In this document: positions 38,212 to 50,492 of the stretch, in pieces | How positions within the stretch are numbered: the first letter of the stretch is position 1 | How the letters are laid out: each line of letters starts with the position of its first letter | Source of the DNA: Chiloscyllium plagiosum | Lineage: Eukaryota | Assembly: GCF_004010195.1 (NCBI RefSeq) | Contig: NC_057719.1 | Span: forward strand, 18,435,159 to 18,499,158 | Length of the DNA: 64,000 bases | Direction of reading: 5' to 3' | Notes under the pieces: generated by a model | The model's input: the letters and a program-made list of their open reading frames with translations, nothing else | Databases searched by the model: none | Told to the model about the DNA's origin: nothing | Position numbers and translations under genes: made by a program

Positions 38212-38751
38212 GGGAAATGTTTAAGGGAAGGGAAAGGCAACCTGATGCTTCGGAGGCCTTCTGGAGTATTCCAGGATGGAATGCAGGTCTGTAACGAACT
38301 AGATAGCACAATTAGGACCCCCGCAAGAATGGGGGATGGTCACAAATGGAAAGGGAGAGACGGGGGTTATTCATAAAGGCTGCCGTACATGAGTGCTTGC
38401 GGGAAGTGGGCTTCCTCAAAAGCAAGGATAGTATATTGTAAGTGGGATGGATATTGTTAACAGCTTTGCGTTCGATGTGTAGGGAATTGGGAGAGTGCCA
38501 GGCCAATAACTGGCAACTTGAGGCCACATTGATGTGGTAGAACAATGTAACATCACCCTAACAGAAGCAGCTAAGACAATGCAGGAGAGAGCCAAGAGGA
38601 TGGAGGAGAAACAGAATCTGATAGTTTGCCATCTGGCAATGGTACAACAGTGAAAGAGGATAAAATTGCACAATTGGAAAGGTGGCCCAGTCAAAATGCG
38701 CACATTATTTACCTCACGATGGGACCCTGACCATTGGGATGGAGACATTTA

Positions 38752-41306
38752 TAGAGCCATAGAGTCATAGAGATGTACAGCATGGAAACAGACCCTTCGG
38801 TCCAAAACAACCATGTCTAACAGATATCCCAACCCAATCTAGTCCCACCTGCCAGCACCCGGCCCATATCCCTCCAAACCCTTCCTATTCATATACCCAT
38901 CCAAATGCCTCTTAACTGTTGCAATTGTACCAGCCTCCACCACTTCCTCTGGCAGCTCATTCCATACACGTACCACCTTCTGTGTGAAAAGGTTGCCCCA
39001 TAGGTCTCTTTTAAATCTTTCACCTCTCACCCTAAACCTATGCCCTCTAGTTCTGGACTCCCCCACCCCAGGGAAAAGACTTTGCCTATTTATCCTACCC
39101 ATACCCTTCATAATTTTGTAAACCTCTATCAGGTCACCCCTCAGCCTCTGACGCTCCAGGGAAAACAGCCCCAGCCTGTTCAGCCTCTCCCAAAGCTCAA
39201 ATCCTCTAACCCTGGCAACATCTTTGTAAATCTTTTCTGAACCCTTTCAAGTTTCACAACATCTTTCCGATAGGAAGGAGAACAGAATTGCATGCAATAT
39301 TCCAACAGCAGCCTAACCAATGTTCTGTACAGCCGCAACATGACATCTCAACTCCTGTACTCAATACTCTGATCAATAAAGGAAAGCATACCAAACGCCT
39401 TCTTCACTATCCTATCTACCTGTGACTCCACTTTCAAAGAGCTATGAACCTGCACTCCAAGGTCTCTTTGTTCAGCAACACTCCCTAGGACCTTACCATT
39501 AAGTCCTGCTAAGATTTGCTTTCCCAAAATGCAGCACCTCGCATTTATCTGAATTAAACTCCATCTGCCATTTCTCAGCCCATTGGCCCATCTGGTCCAG
39601 ATCCTGTTGTAATCTGAGGTAACCCTCTTCGCTGTCCACTACACCTCCAATTTTGGTGTCATCTGNNNNNNNNNNNNNNNNNNNNNNNNNNNNNNNNNNN
39701 NNNNNNNNNNNNNNNNNNNNNNNNNNNNNNNNNNNNNNNNNNNNNNNNNNNNNNNNNNNNNNNNNNNCCATGCACAAAGCCATGTTGACTATCCTGAATC
39801 AGTCCTTGCCTTTCCAAATACATGTACATCCTGTCCCTCAGGATTCCCTCCAACAACTTGCCCACCACCGATGTCAGGCTCACTGGTCTATAGTTTCCTG
39901 GCTTGTCCTTACCACCCGTCTTAAACAGTGGCACCACGTTAGCCAACCTCCAGTCTTCTGGCACCTCACCTGTGACTATCGATGATACAAATATCTCAGC
40001 AAGAGGCCTAGCAATCACTTCTCTAGCTTCCCACAGAGTTCTTGGGTACACCTCATCAGGTCCTGGGGATTTATCCACTTTTATGCATTTAAAGACATCC
40101 AGCACTTCCTCCTCTGTAATATAGACATTTTGCAAGATGTCACCACCTATTTCCCTCCAGTCTATATCTTCCATATCCTTTTCCACAGTACATACTAATT
40201 TTCTGCGGCTCCACACAAAGGCCGCCTTGCTGATCTTTGAGGGGCCCAATTCTCCACCTAGTTACTCTCTTGCCCTCAATATATATTTACAAAAACTCTT
40301 TGGATTCTCCTTAATTCTGTTTGCCAAAGCTATCTTATGTCCCCTTTTGTCCTCCTGATTTCCCTCTTAAGTATACTCCTACTGCATTTATACTCTTCTA
40401 AGGATTCTCTTGATCTATTCTGTCTATACCTGATATGTGCTTCCTTCTTTTTGGTAACCAAAACCTCAATTTCTCTAGTCATCCAGCATTCCCTACAACT
40501 ACCAGTCTTACCTTTCACACGAACAAGAATATACTGTTTCTAGACTCTTGCGATCTCTTTTCTGAAGGCTTCCCATTGTTCAGCCCCCCCTTTACCTGCG
40601 AACATCTGTCCCCAATCAGCTTTCAAAAGTTCTTTCCTAATACCGTCAAAATTGGCCTTTCTCCAATTTAGAACTTCAACTTTTAGATCTGGTCTAAACT
40701 TTTCCATCACTATTTTAAAACGAATAGAATTATGGTCGCTGGCCCCAAAGTGCTCCCCCACTGACACCTCAGTCACCTGCCCTGCCTTATTTCCCAAGAG
40801 TAGGTCAAGTTTTGCACCTTCTCTCATTGGTACATCCACATACTGAATCAGAAAATTGTCTTGTACACACTTAACAAATTCCTCTCCATCTAAACCCTTA
40901 ACACTATGGCAGTCCCAGTCTATGTTTGGAAAGTTAAAATCCCCTACCATAACCACCCTATTTTTCTTATAGATAGCTGAGAACTCCTTACAAGTTTGTT
41001 TCTCAATTTCCCTCTGACTATTAGGGGGTCTATAATACAATCCCAATAAGGTGATCGTCCCTTTCTTATTTTTCAGTTCCACCCAAATAACTTCCCTGGA
41101 TGTATTTCCGGGAATATCCTCCCTCAGCACAGCTGTAATGCTATCCCTTATCAAAAATGCCACTCTTCCTCCTCTCTTGCCTCCCTTTCAGTCCTTCCTG
41201 TAGCATTTGTATCCTGGAACATTATCCTGCCCATCCCTGAGCCACGTTTCTGTAATTGCTATGATATCCCAGTCCCATATTCCTAACCATGCCCTGAGTT
41301 CATCTG
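38752..41306 (-). mobile_element. Relatively young CR1/HER1 LINE, ORF2 from endonuclease start to tail (spans an assembly gap)
   Basis: ORF 40540..41163 (YYRPPN, MVGDFNFPNIDW, LDLLL, SDHN); 39659..40249 (KSPGPD, NYRPVSLTS, SQHGF); DDTKIGG; (catagagt)n tail. Confidence 0.95.
39666..39767. other. Assembly gap (N run)
   Basis: Run of N within the CR1 RT domain. Confidence 1.
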
Positions 41307-41331
41307 AAATAAATAAGTAGACATACAGGAG

Positions 41332-41405
41332 CTTCCCTGGATGGGCTTGACCCACAAACCTTCTGGTTAACAGCCGAATGGGCTAATCAATTGCGCCACA
41401 GAGAT
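41332..41405 (-). pseudogene. tRNA-Asn(GTT) pseudogene / retrocopy
   Basis: Reverse complement ATCTCTGTGGCGCAATTGATTAGCCCATTCGGCT-GTT-AACCAGAAGGTTTGTGGGTCAAGCCCATCCAGGGAAG; 74 nt; 62/74 to recalled vertebrate tRNA-Asn; mutated B-box; no CCA. Confidence 0.88.
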
Positions 41406-42439
41406 TGCCATTTAGCTTTCATCTGATTCAGAGTATGAATGGATGGATGGGTAAGGGGATGCTCCACCTTCAGAGCCATCCTCAGGAAAGGGACTAATAG
41501 CACGACCCTTAATAATGAATAAGGCAAAACAGGTAGGGAGACAAAATCCACAGAATTCGAGAATAGTGAGAGATGACTCTCTGTCTGAATTATAGGATTT
41601 GGGGTTGCGCTTCAAGCAGAATTCAGGTGAGCCCTTGGTTGACATGGGCATGCGACCAGAATGCTGCCCATATCATGCTGAGTGTCACAGAGTGAGGGAA
41701 TCTGGGAGCATTAAATGCTGAGCCACATGTGAATAGCGCTTTTAGAAATGTAGGGCATACTGGATTGTTGTGGAATGCACTGACACTACCAGTAGGAAAC
41801 AAGTACCCTCCCCCGAAAGATTGGGAAGGTGATGTTGAAAATTGGGAGGGCATACCAGAAGGTATAAAAAAGTGAGGGATTTGGCTATGCGAGCGGGTTA
41901 TATTCTCCACAGTTTCAGGGTCTACACCAGAAAGCTTTCACAGCTGGAATGAGGAACCGGCTAATACGAAGTGGTGTGGGCTGGATGAGAGGTGCCCTGT
42001 TAGCCCTATTAGGGCCAGCTCACGGACAGGCAGTGGGACAAGTGTGTTTGCTATTCAGACAGTTAGAGGATGGAGAGGCTGGTAAGCAAACACCTGAACA
42101 AGTGATAAACAAGGACAACAACGTGGAGATAGGATGGGTTCAAAGGTGAAATAAAACATTACCAGAAGAGAAATGTTCATAGCATTATTGAAAGCAGGAA
42201 TAGAGAGGAGTAGGATAGATGGAATATCTGTGGATGCCAGTACACTATATGGAAGATGCACGGCTCTGCAAAGGATAAGGAAGTAAGAAAGAACTAAATC
42301 AGATGTGGAGGGAGGAAAGGAAACCACAGTAACTGTAGCCTAGCCTGGAAGAGGCTGGGCAGTTGTAGCAAACCAGTTAGCCAATTGATTAGGGCTGGGG
42401 TTAGGACTCTGGGGTCTTTATAAGGTCGTTTGGTGAGAT

Positions 42440-45400
42440 GTCCAGAGACTTGAGGCCTCATGTCCCTGCCACCGTTTATTCGAAACATCACATTACTAGA
42501 CACTGGGGCAGAGGTTACTATTATACATGGCAATCTACATAGACATACAGTGCTCAAAATGACTACGAAAAGACTTTGTTGGGTGGTCACACCAGCAATT
42601 AGAACAAATATTCAAATAGCCTTGGGGAATGGACTCCCACGAGTAGTCCCAATACTGATATCCAACATAGCAGAGAAAGATATCAGTATGGACCCATTGA
42701 GAGGTACCACCTTGCAAACCCCACTGGGCAAATTCTCTTTGGTATATAAGCTGTGACAGTTACTTTTGGCAAGGCAGAATGGGAACCCCTCATTATCCCT
42801 CCGTCCACATGGGTAGTTTCAATGAAACAGTATCGTATTCCAGGAGGACACAATTGGGGATAATATGCAGGGCCTGTTAGCTGCAGGGATTGTGATACAT
42901 GCAGTATCTGTGTGCAATAGCCCTGTGTGGTCTGTGAAGAAACCTGATGGAAGTTGACGAATGATGGTTGTTGACTGCCAGCTTAGCAAATATGCTCCTC
43001 CACTGTCGGTGGCTGTGCCTGATGTGGACACTGTTATAGAAATATGACAGTGGTATGCTATTATTGATCTAGCAAATGCCTTTTTTCTGGATACCGGTAG
43101 CCCCTGGAATCACAAGCTCAGTTTGTTTTTATGTGGGAATGTTGCCAATATACTTTCTGTTGGCCACCACAAGGATACCTACATAATACAACCTTATGCC
43201 ATGGGCTAGTAGCAAGGGACTTAGATATGTATTCACCATCCCCCCCTGCCAGAAATTTATGTAGCACATTATATTGATGATATCTTGACCCATGGACCAA
43301 TGGAAACCACGATGGCAGAAGCTCTAGCCATACTGGTGCAACCTATGCGAGACGGAGACGGAAAGGGAAACCAAAAAAGATACAGGGACCAACACAATCA
43401 GAGCAGGTTTTAGGCATTCAGTTGACAAAAGGGGATAGAGCCATCCCTGAAAAACTACGGAATAAAATACAAAAAATTGGCTGTTCCAATTGGCAAGACC
43501 GAGGCACAGAAATTTATAGGTCTGCTTGGATATTGGTGCAGACATATTCCTCACATAACTACATTACTAAGACCTTTACATGCCATTACTTGAAAGAAAG
43601 CTCAATTGAACAACAGGAAGCATTTCAGGCTGCTAAAAGAGGCCGTAGAATTGGTGCTGCCCCTGGCTTCTCAGAATACTGGCTTAGCCTTTGAATTACA
43701 AGTATCAGTATTACAAGATGTAACCACGTGGAGCTTATGGCAGAGACAAAAGGGGAAATCAATACCTTTGGGAGTCTGGTCTAGAAAAGTGACTGAGGCA
43801 GCTATGCATTACACAGCATTTGAAAAACAACTTCTGGCCAGCTACTGGGCCCTGTAGTCATAGAGTCATAGAGATGTACAGCATAGAAACAGACCTTCGG
43901 TCCAACCTGTCCACACCGACCAGATACCCCCCTAGTAGAAACTCAATGGTAGACGAGTGAGGACGCAGTGCTCTTCAGACTTGAGTTATCCATTCTGATA
44001 TGCTTGTTACCTGACATTGTGATCCACCAGGCCAGTAGAGCCTAATACAGCTCCACTGTAAAATGGAAATGGTACATAGTGATCCGAGAAAGGAAAAGAA
44101 GGGGATGCCAAACTCCATGAGTAAATAGCTGAATACTCACCAGGTGAACAATCTCCGAGTTCCACCTGGCCATACCTGCATCTCCTGTTCAATGGGGCAT
44201 TCCATTCGAACAACTGTCTGAAGATGCTCGTCACTGTGCTTGGTTCACTGATGGATCAGCCACCTGGAAGAGTGGCCAGAGGCAAGCAGCTGTGTTTAAT
44301 GCCTCCACACAAACGGTTATGAATAGTGAAGGAGATGGGGGATTGAGCCAATGAGCCGAATTAGCAGCTAGAGGAGGAGAGTCAGTTTATACTAACTTGT
44401 GGCCATAAAATGGCTGTATGGATGTCAACCTGGCAGTCACATGACTGGAAGATTGCTGGAAGGCCCCTGTGGGGAACAGAACTATGGAAACAAATATGGG
44501 TGAAGGCACAGTGCGTGGAAATCATTGTGTATCATTTTGCTGCCCAAATGAAGGATGGTTTGGAATCTGCTAACCACAGCAATATTGTGGATGGAATAGT
44601 AAATGCAGAACAGTTGAAGGTGCATCTGAAGAGTTCCACACTGGAAAATGGGCTCATGAAAAATCAGACATTTAGGGTATCAAGGCACTGTGCAATGGGC
44701 AAGAGATCAAGGTTTGCACTTAAGCACTGATCTGTGAAAGAACGCATTGGCAGTGTAAAATATGCCAAAAGGTAAACGTGTGTCACTGCCGATGAAGCCA
44801 ATGGCATAAATCAAACAAGAAAATCAGCCTGCTCAAATCTGGCAGATTGACCTCTACAACAATGATATCAATATCTGTTAACTGTCGTGGACACTTCCTC
44901 TGGGCTCATGTTAGCTCTCCCGACAACCAAAGAAAATTAGAGGAATAGTGGTAAAGGCCGAGAACAGTTGATATCCTACCATGGTGAACCATCAGAAATA
45001 CAATCAGATAACGTCTCACACTTTATAGGTCAACAGGTGTAGCAATCAGCTGCAAACAGTAAGATACATTGGATGTTCCACAATTCTTACTACCATCAAG
45101 CAGCTGGCCTTGTAGAATGAATGAATGGGTTATTAAAACAATAAATTAAATTATTGACCTCTAATCATACATTACAGGTGTGGCTCAAAGCGCTGATATA
45201 ATCTGAACAATCAGCCTCTGAAAGGAGGGATACCCATGAGTAGAATGTTTGAAGGAGGTAACTAGTCACAGCCTCCCAATAAACATGCAACATCCAATGA
45301 TCTTTGTGCAGGGGGAGGAATGCGGGTATACCACCCACAACACCCTTCTAAGTCTAGTGAGATACTTGCCTGTGGACAAGGTGATACCTACTGGATATTG

Positions 45401-45460
45401 ATAATGGGACAGGAAGTACAACAGTGTATAGACACGGGGAAGCTAACAAAAAGAGAGTGA
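42440..45460 (+). pseudogene. pol: ERV pro-pol remnant (PR-RT-RH-IN)
   Basis: LLDTGAEVTIIHG (~42493); QYRIPGG; NSPVWSVKKPDGS; IIDLANAFF; YIDD (43270-43281); YTAFEKQLLASYWAL; WFTDGSA; RPLWGTELWKQI; CKIC; QIWQID; IQSDN; QAAGLVE*MNGLLK. Confidence 0.9.
43855..43930 (-). mobile_element. Short CR1 3'-tail insertion within pol
   Basis: tagtcatagagtcatagagatgtacagcatagaaacagacc interrupts YWAL...VET. Confidence 0.85.
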
Positions 45461-45509
45461 GTTGTCAAAGATTATACCCTGAAAAGATATGATTTCTTCA
45501 CTGAACCAT

Positions 45510-47730
45510 GCCGATTGATTATGGATAGATGCTGCTGTGGATGACTTGCCAGTTGACATGGACAATGCATTTCCATGACTGATGTGTGGATATGGTGTGG
45601 ACAGTCCAAGAGACTAACAGAGTGCAGGACAATTTTACTTGTCACCCAGGACTTCGATGTGTCATCGGATACTATGTTACAGGTACGGCATGTTGGTTAT
45701 GGGTAGCATTGGAACAGAGTATGTTTACCGTGTCTAAAGGATACACAGTACAACTGCAAACTGCATAGCAAGCAGAAATGGCTTATAAGATATACAATAC
45801 AACTACACAGTTAATGAAAATAACCTGATTGTCATACAGGGTAAAGTTCAATACAAATGTACCGCAAAGGGTAAAAGAGACAAGGGTAAAAGGGTAAAAG
45901 GGTAAAAGAGCAGCACGGTGACACAGTGGTTAGCACTGCTGCCTCACAGCGCCAGAGACCTGGGTTCAATTCCCGCCTCAGGCGACTGACTGTGTGGAGT
46001 TTGCACATTCTCCCCGTGTCTGCGTGGGTTTCCTCCGGTGCTCCGGTTTCCTCCCACAGTCCAAAGATGTGCAGGTCAGGTGAATTGGCCATGCTAAATT
46101 GCCCGTACTGTTAGGTAAGGGGTAGATGTGTAGGGGTATGGGTGGGTGGCGCTTCGGCAGGGCGGTGTGGACTTGTTGGGCCGAAGGGCCTGTTTCCACA
46201 CTGTAAGTAATCTATTCTAATCTAAAGGACAATAAAAACCGTGTTAATTGCAGATCAATGGTATGGTTGTACCAACGCATCTGAAATAGTCAATGGGACA
46301 TAGATGATGGCCATATGGTCAGACCAGAAAACTAATCAACAGCAATTAGGGATGGCCCATGTTCAACGCCTCTACTCAACATGCACCAAAGTATTTGCAT
46401 CTCAAAATGTACTTAATCTCATGATATGGGTACAATATGAGTCAAAACCCGACGGGTGTAAAATCATACCTTTAGTTACGTGACTGCAAAAGACCAAGCT
46501 AAAGCAGGGCTTGGTACAATATTAGGAGGGCTAGGAACAGGCATTGGAGCATCGAATGCCATGCCTATTGAGACCTTACAAAACAAGATACAAAAGGTGG
46601 GTATCCTGATTGGAAATGCCATTAGGTCACAAAATGCTTGGGACAGAGGGTTAAATGGAAATATGTTATCTGGTTGGTTAATGCGATGGGAGTAACTAAA
46701 TAGAACGGAATGGGAATCATTTTACATGTCCCTATAACAGAATAGTTTCAATACTTATACGGTTTGGACGTTTCATGAAATTTCACATCCACTGTTCAGA
46801 GCAGAATTGAAACAAATAGCTCTGTCAGAATACAGTGGTAGTTAGGTGAACTTTTTCAAGTTTGCCAGATAACAATTGCAGATCAATCCCAATTTGCAAT
46901 ATACTACCTGTATTACAAAAGGGTGTAATTTTACGATGAGGATTATTAATGCTACCCATGCACAGAATTGGTGTAACTTTATTACTGTCCCTCATCTGTT
47001 TGGCCAGCAATTGTGGCTCCCAGAGATGAGAGGGAAGTAGATTGATGAGAGGAATCAAACTCACTGTGGGATTGATTGTCAGGAGTGGCCATTTGGTATG
47101 GTATGCCTACTCCACACCCCAGGATTTGAACAATACTCCCTTGAACATTCTGCAGGAACATGCACATAGCACTTATTCCATATAATTTCACAGTTATTCA
47201 TGAGACAAGACAAAAGCAGACTTGTATTACCAGTCCCCGCACCATTTATTTAGATGGCATCTGAAAGGATCCTCCAGTTAGTCATTATTATAAGGATATA
47301 TACACTAACTATGATCCCAAGTAGACAGATCAAATCAATTAGGGAAATGTGAAGATGTACAACATTATTGTACCATCTTTGGGGTGCAGAACCTTCCACC
47401 AGTTGTCAACTTGACTTAGTTGGAGCGCTTTCTCCATGAAAATGCTCATATTAGTCAGGAACTGACGACAAGGGGGTGAAATATACATTGAATGAAACTT
47501 GCTATGTCATATGCGGATGGACAGTTAACATGACTTGCTGATTCCATCACGGCCTTGACCATACATCACTGGTGGGATATATTTCGGGGTAGGTCCCCAA
47601 AGGCCATCATTAATTTGATGATTCACCCTATTGTTATTGTATTCGTATTGATGACAGTTATTTTCACTGTAGTTTTACTTGTCTGGTGTTAGTTCTATAC
47701 ATTTATTATATATTCCTGCGAGGCTATCAC
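45510..47730 (+). pseudogene. env: ERV env-like remnant
   Basis: Lies between integrase and PPT; Gly-rich hydrophobic GLGTILGGLGTGIGASN plus heptad-like IETLQNKIQKV (ORF 46480..46695); IHHWWDIF...HPIVIVFVLMTVIFTVVLLVWC membrane anchor at 47561-47692. Confidence 0.7.
45908..46226 (+). mobile_element. Young HE1-type SINE inserted in env
   Basis: Near-identical to 52611-52920 and 58147-58476; tRNA-like head and (tctaa)n tail. Confidence 0.92.
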
Positions 47731-47779
47731 TGATTTGTGCCTGCATTTTCAATCGTAACATGCGCTGTCAAATATCACC

Positions 47780-47789
47780 GGGGGTGGAT
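47780..47789 (+). promoter_or_regulatory. Polypurine tract
   Basis: gggggtggat directly before the 3' LTR TG, like the recalled ERV-L GGGGTGGA PPT. Confidence 0.8.
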
Positions 47790-48241
47790 TGTATAGAATG
47801 AGAAAATAGGTTGGGAAGGTAAATGATGATATGCGACAGCTGCATGACCCTGAATGAATCCTATGAATATTCCTTTACGGGCTGAAGACAACGGCAGCAG
47901 CTTGTTTTACTGTAGCTGTTTCTGTACTGCCTGTTTGTTATACTGTATAAGAGAGAGAGAGTTTTGTTCCAAGAGTTGGACTTTACCTCAGACTGGGATG
48001 GTGAACAGTACCAGGAACAAACCTAAGCCTCCAGACCAGCCGTCATCCAAGTGGCCCCCGACCGACAGAAGGGCCTAAGACTCATTGCTTTTTTCTCCTT
48101 GCTTTTCAATTTATTATTATTATCATTATTATTACTTAATAAACATCCACATTTAAGCAAATCGCTGTTGTCGAATCTTCACGTAACCACATTTAACCGA
48201 ATCAAAAAGAACTGTTTGGAGATCCTCTGTGATCCAAGACA
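47790..48241 (+). repeat. ERV 3' LTR
   Basis: TGTATAGAAT...gatccaagaCA; TATA-like tataag near 47946; AATAAA at 48138-48143; followed by cccaa. Confidence 0.9.
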
Positions 48242-48559
48242 CCCAATCGATCCAATTTGCGTTCAGTGGGGATTGGAATGAGGGAAGTGGGATGGGAAAG
48301 ATTGGGAGGATTCAAACTGCAGCCCCTGAACACAGGTCGCAAGGGCTGTTGAATGCTGTTTATAAGGCCCATCAGTTCCCGGGAATATCATTCCAGCTGT
48401 TTCCGGAAATTTTCAGTCTCTGCCCTACACACTACACCTCCACTCACTCACCCACTCCTCACCTTCCCTCCTTTCTCTCATGTCAACCTACGTCTCTATG
48501 TCCCTATATGGCCCTAAATCATCCTCAAGGTAATTTTTTGGCAAGTCCATGTCAACCTT

Positions 48560-49400
48560 GCAATTGTAATTTTGCTGATTTCCTCTCTCTTTCTATTACC
48601 TGATTTGCAGCTTTAATGACATTTTTGTACTTTCTGCAGTAAAGACATAAGCAAAATATTTGATCATTTCATCTGCCATTTCCTTCTTATTTATCATTAA
48701 CTCCTCGTTCTTACTTTCAAGATGACACTTCATTGCATTTTTTTTAAAATACATAGAAAAACTCTTGTTCTCATTTTTACATTCTTAGCTACTGTCCTCT
48801 CCCACTTTAATGTCATCCTCCTGCTTATCATTTCAGTCATTATCTACTTTTCTTTATATTACAACTAATCATCTGACCCACTAGTCAGCTTTATGTAGCC
48901 AGATGCTTTTCTAGAGTCATGGAGTTGTACAGCATGGAAACAGACCCTTTGGACCAAATAGTCTCTTAAGTTTACTTTTCCTAACTTCTTTAGTCAACTA
49001 CAAACTGGTCCTCCATTTAGAATTTTTCTTTATAGAAATATATTTGACTTGGCTATGCTGGAAAATCCTCTTGAGTGCCACTGTCTCTCTACTGATCTAT
49101 ACACTCATGTAGTATGTCAGTTCACCAGCTACCTCAACTTTAATTTGCACACGGTTACTCTAATTAAGGTTTGAAATACAAGTCTTGGACCCAGTTTTCT
49201 CCCCTTCAAACTGCATAGAAAATTCAATCACACGGCAATCACTGCTGCTTCAGGAGTGCTGTAACTCTGAGGCCATTAATTAATCCTCTGATATGACACA
49301 ATACTAATCTAATATAATTTTTTTTTAATCCCAAAACATGTTGCTCTAAGAACTGTCTCAATGTCATTCTATCAACTCATCGTCCAAGCTAACACTGCCA
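48560..49400 (-). mobile_element. Very old CR1 internal fragment with a small CR1 tail insertion (~48912-48958)
   Basis: Degenerate reverse CR1 similarity; tagagtcatggagttgtacagcatggaaacagaccc. Confidence 0.45.
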
Positions 49401-50492
49401 ATCTGAAATAGAATGAAACTGTGGGAGAACATGCATGCAGTTTTAAAGCACTGATGAATGAAAATTTCCCAAGGAATCGTTTGCTTATTTGGGACACATT
49501 GGACTGAATATTACCCCAAAAAAGGCTAAATGTCAATTTTGGTGAGATAATATGTAAGGTTTCACTTCATGAACCCTATTGAGATTTCCTATGCTTTTCT
49601 CAAAACTTGACTCATTAGCTCTATATGATTTCACTTTGGTGCCCCTCTTTTCTTAGCTTCCCTGTTGCCACATGCAGAAGTATTGCTACTGTCACGATCT
49701 CCTGGGATTCCTGTGATGGATGGTGGCAGCAAACATATCCTATGGTGAAAAATAGTGTAGACAACCTTACACAACACAATGGTCAGAGGTGAGCATTGCC
49801 CATACAACACTAAGCATGTAAATAAGTCTCTTCCAGTATCGGATGAGGTTGTATCCACAGGGAGCGTACAATTGCATGCAAGTCAACCCTGGGACCTGTC
49901 TTGATGAAGTAGGTTTCTTCAAAAGAGATTGCAATTTATGGCAAAAGATTGTTTACAACTTCAGACTTTGAGTTGTCCATCTAGTCTCATATCCTTTCTA
50001 CCCCAAAGACTGCCTCCTTATATCAACTTAATATCATACACCTGTGATTATTGTTCCATAAATCTCAGAGAAGTACCTTGGGGATATTTCTTTTTATGTT
50101 TTGACATTGGATATAAGGTGATGTCGATTCAGCCACTTAGTCCAGGAGTCTTATTCAATGGGAAATGGAATCTAGGGTGGAAATGTATAAGGGTCTGAGC
50201 AACACAGCTTATTGTGAGATTTGTGACAGGATAGCATGAGAAGCTCAGTGAGGCTGATCTCAATGCAGGGAACGTCTCGAGCCATCTTTTAGGCTTTTGA
50301 CAATTCGCATGATGACTTTCTCAATAAGCTGCACCAAGTTGTCAATTACAAGGGATTAATGTCTCTTCAGACAGATTTTTAATCAGTCAGGGATTCAAGG
50401 CTTACAGGGAAAAGGCAGTAAAGTGAAGTTGGGGATTGTCAGATCAGCCATGGTCGCAATGAATGGCAACGTTTACTTGATGGACGGAATGG

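Larger units (their letters stand above)
38217..42440 (+). pseudogene. gag: ERV gag remnant, split by insertion 38752-41408
   Basis: WDPDHWDGDI at ~38720-38749 (ERV-L-type gag motif) continues in frame after the insertion as *LSSDSEYEW; RFKQNSGEPL near 41607; many stops and frameshifts. Confidence 0.7.
37791..48241 (+). mobile_element. Full-length defective endogenous retrovirus, class III (ERV-S/ERV-L-like): LTR-gag-pro-pol-env-LTR
   Basis: Paired LTRs, TSD cccat/cccaa, PBS, PPT, protease LDTGA, RT YIDD, RNase H WFTDGS, integrase WQID...SDN...LVE in retroviral order, env-like region. Confidence 0.92.

Noticed and set aside
41332..41405. Functional tRNA-Asn gene
   Set aside because: Acceptor-stem, D-arm and T-loop/B-box substitutions, and it lies within a TSD-bounded insertion in ERV gag.
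45908..45990. tRNA gene at HE1 heads (also 52840-52920, 58147-58220)
   Set aside because: These are tRNA-derived SINE heads continuing into SINE body and LINE-like tail.
37791..48241. Gypsy LTR retrotransposon or replication-competent virus
   Set aside because: Motifs, PBS/PPT and env-like region favour a class III retrovirus (pending phylogeny); all genes have many stops and frameshifts.
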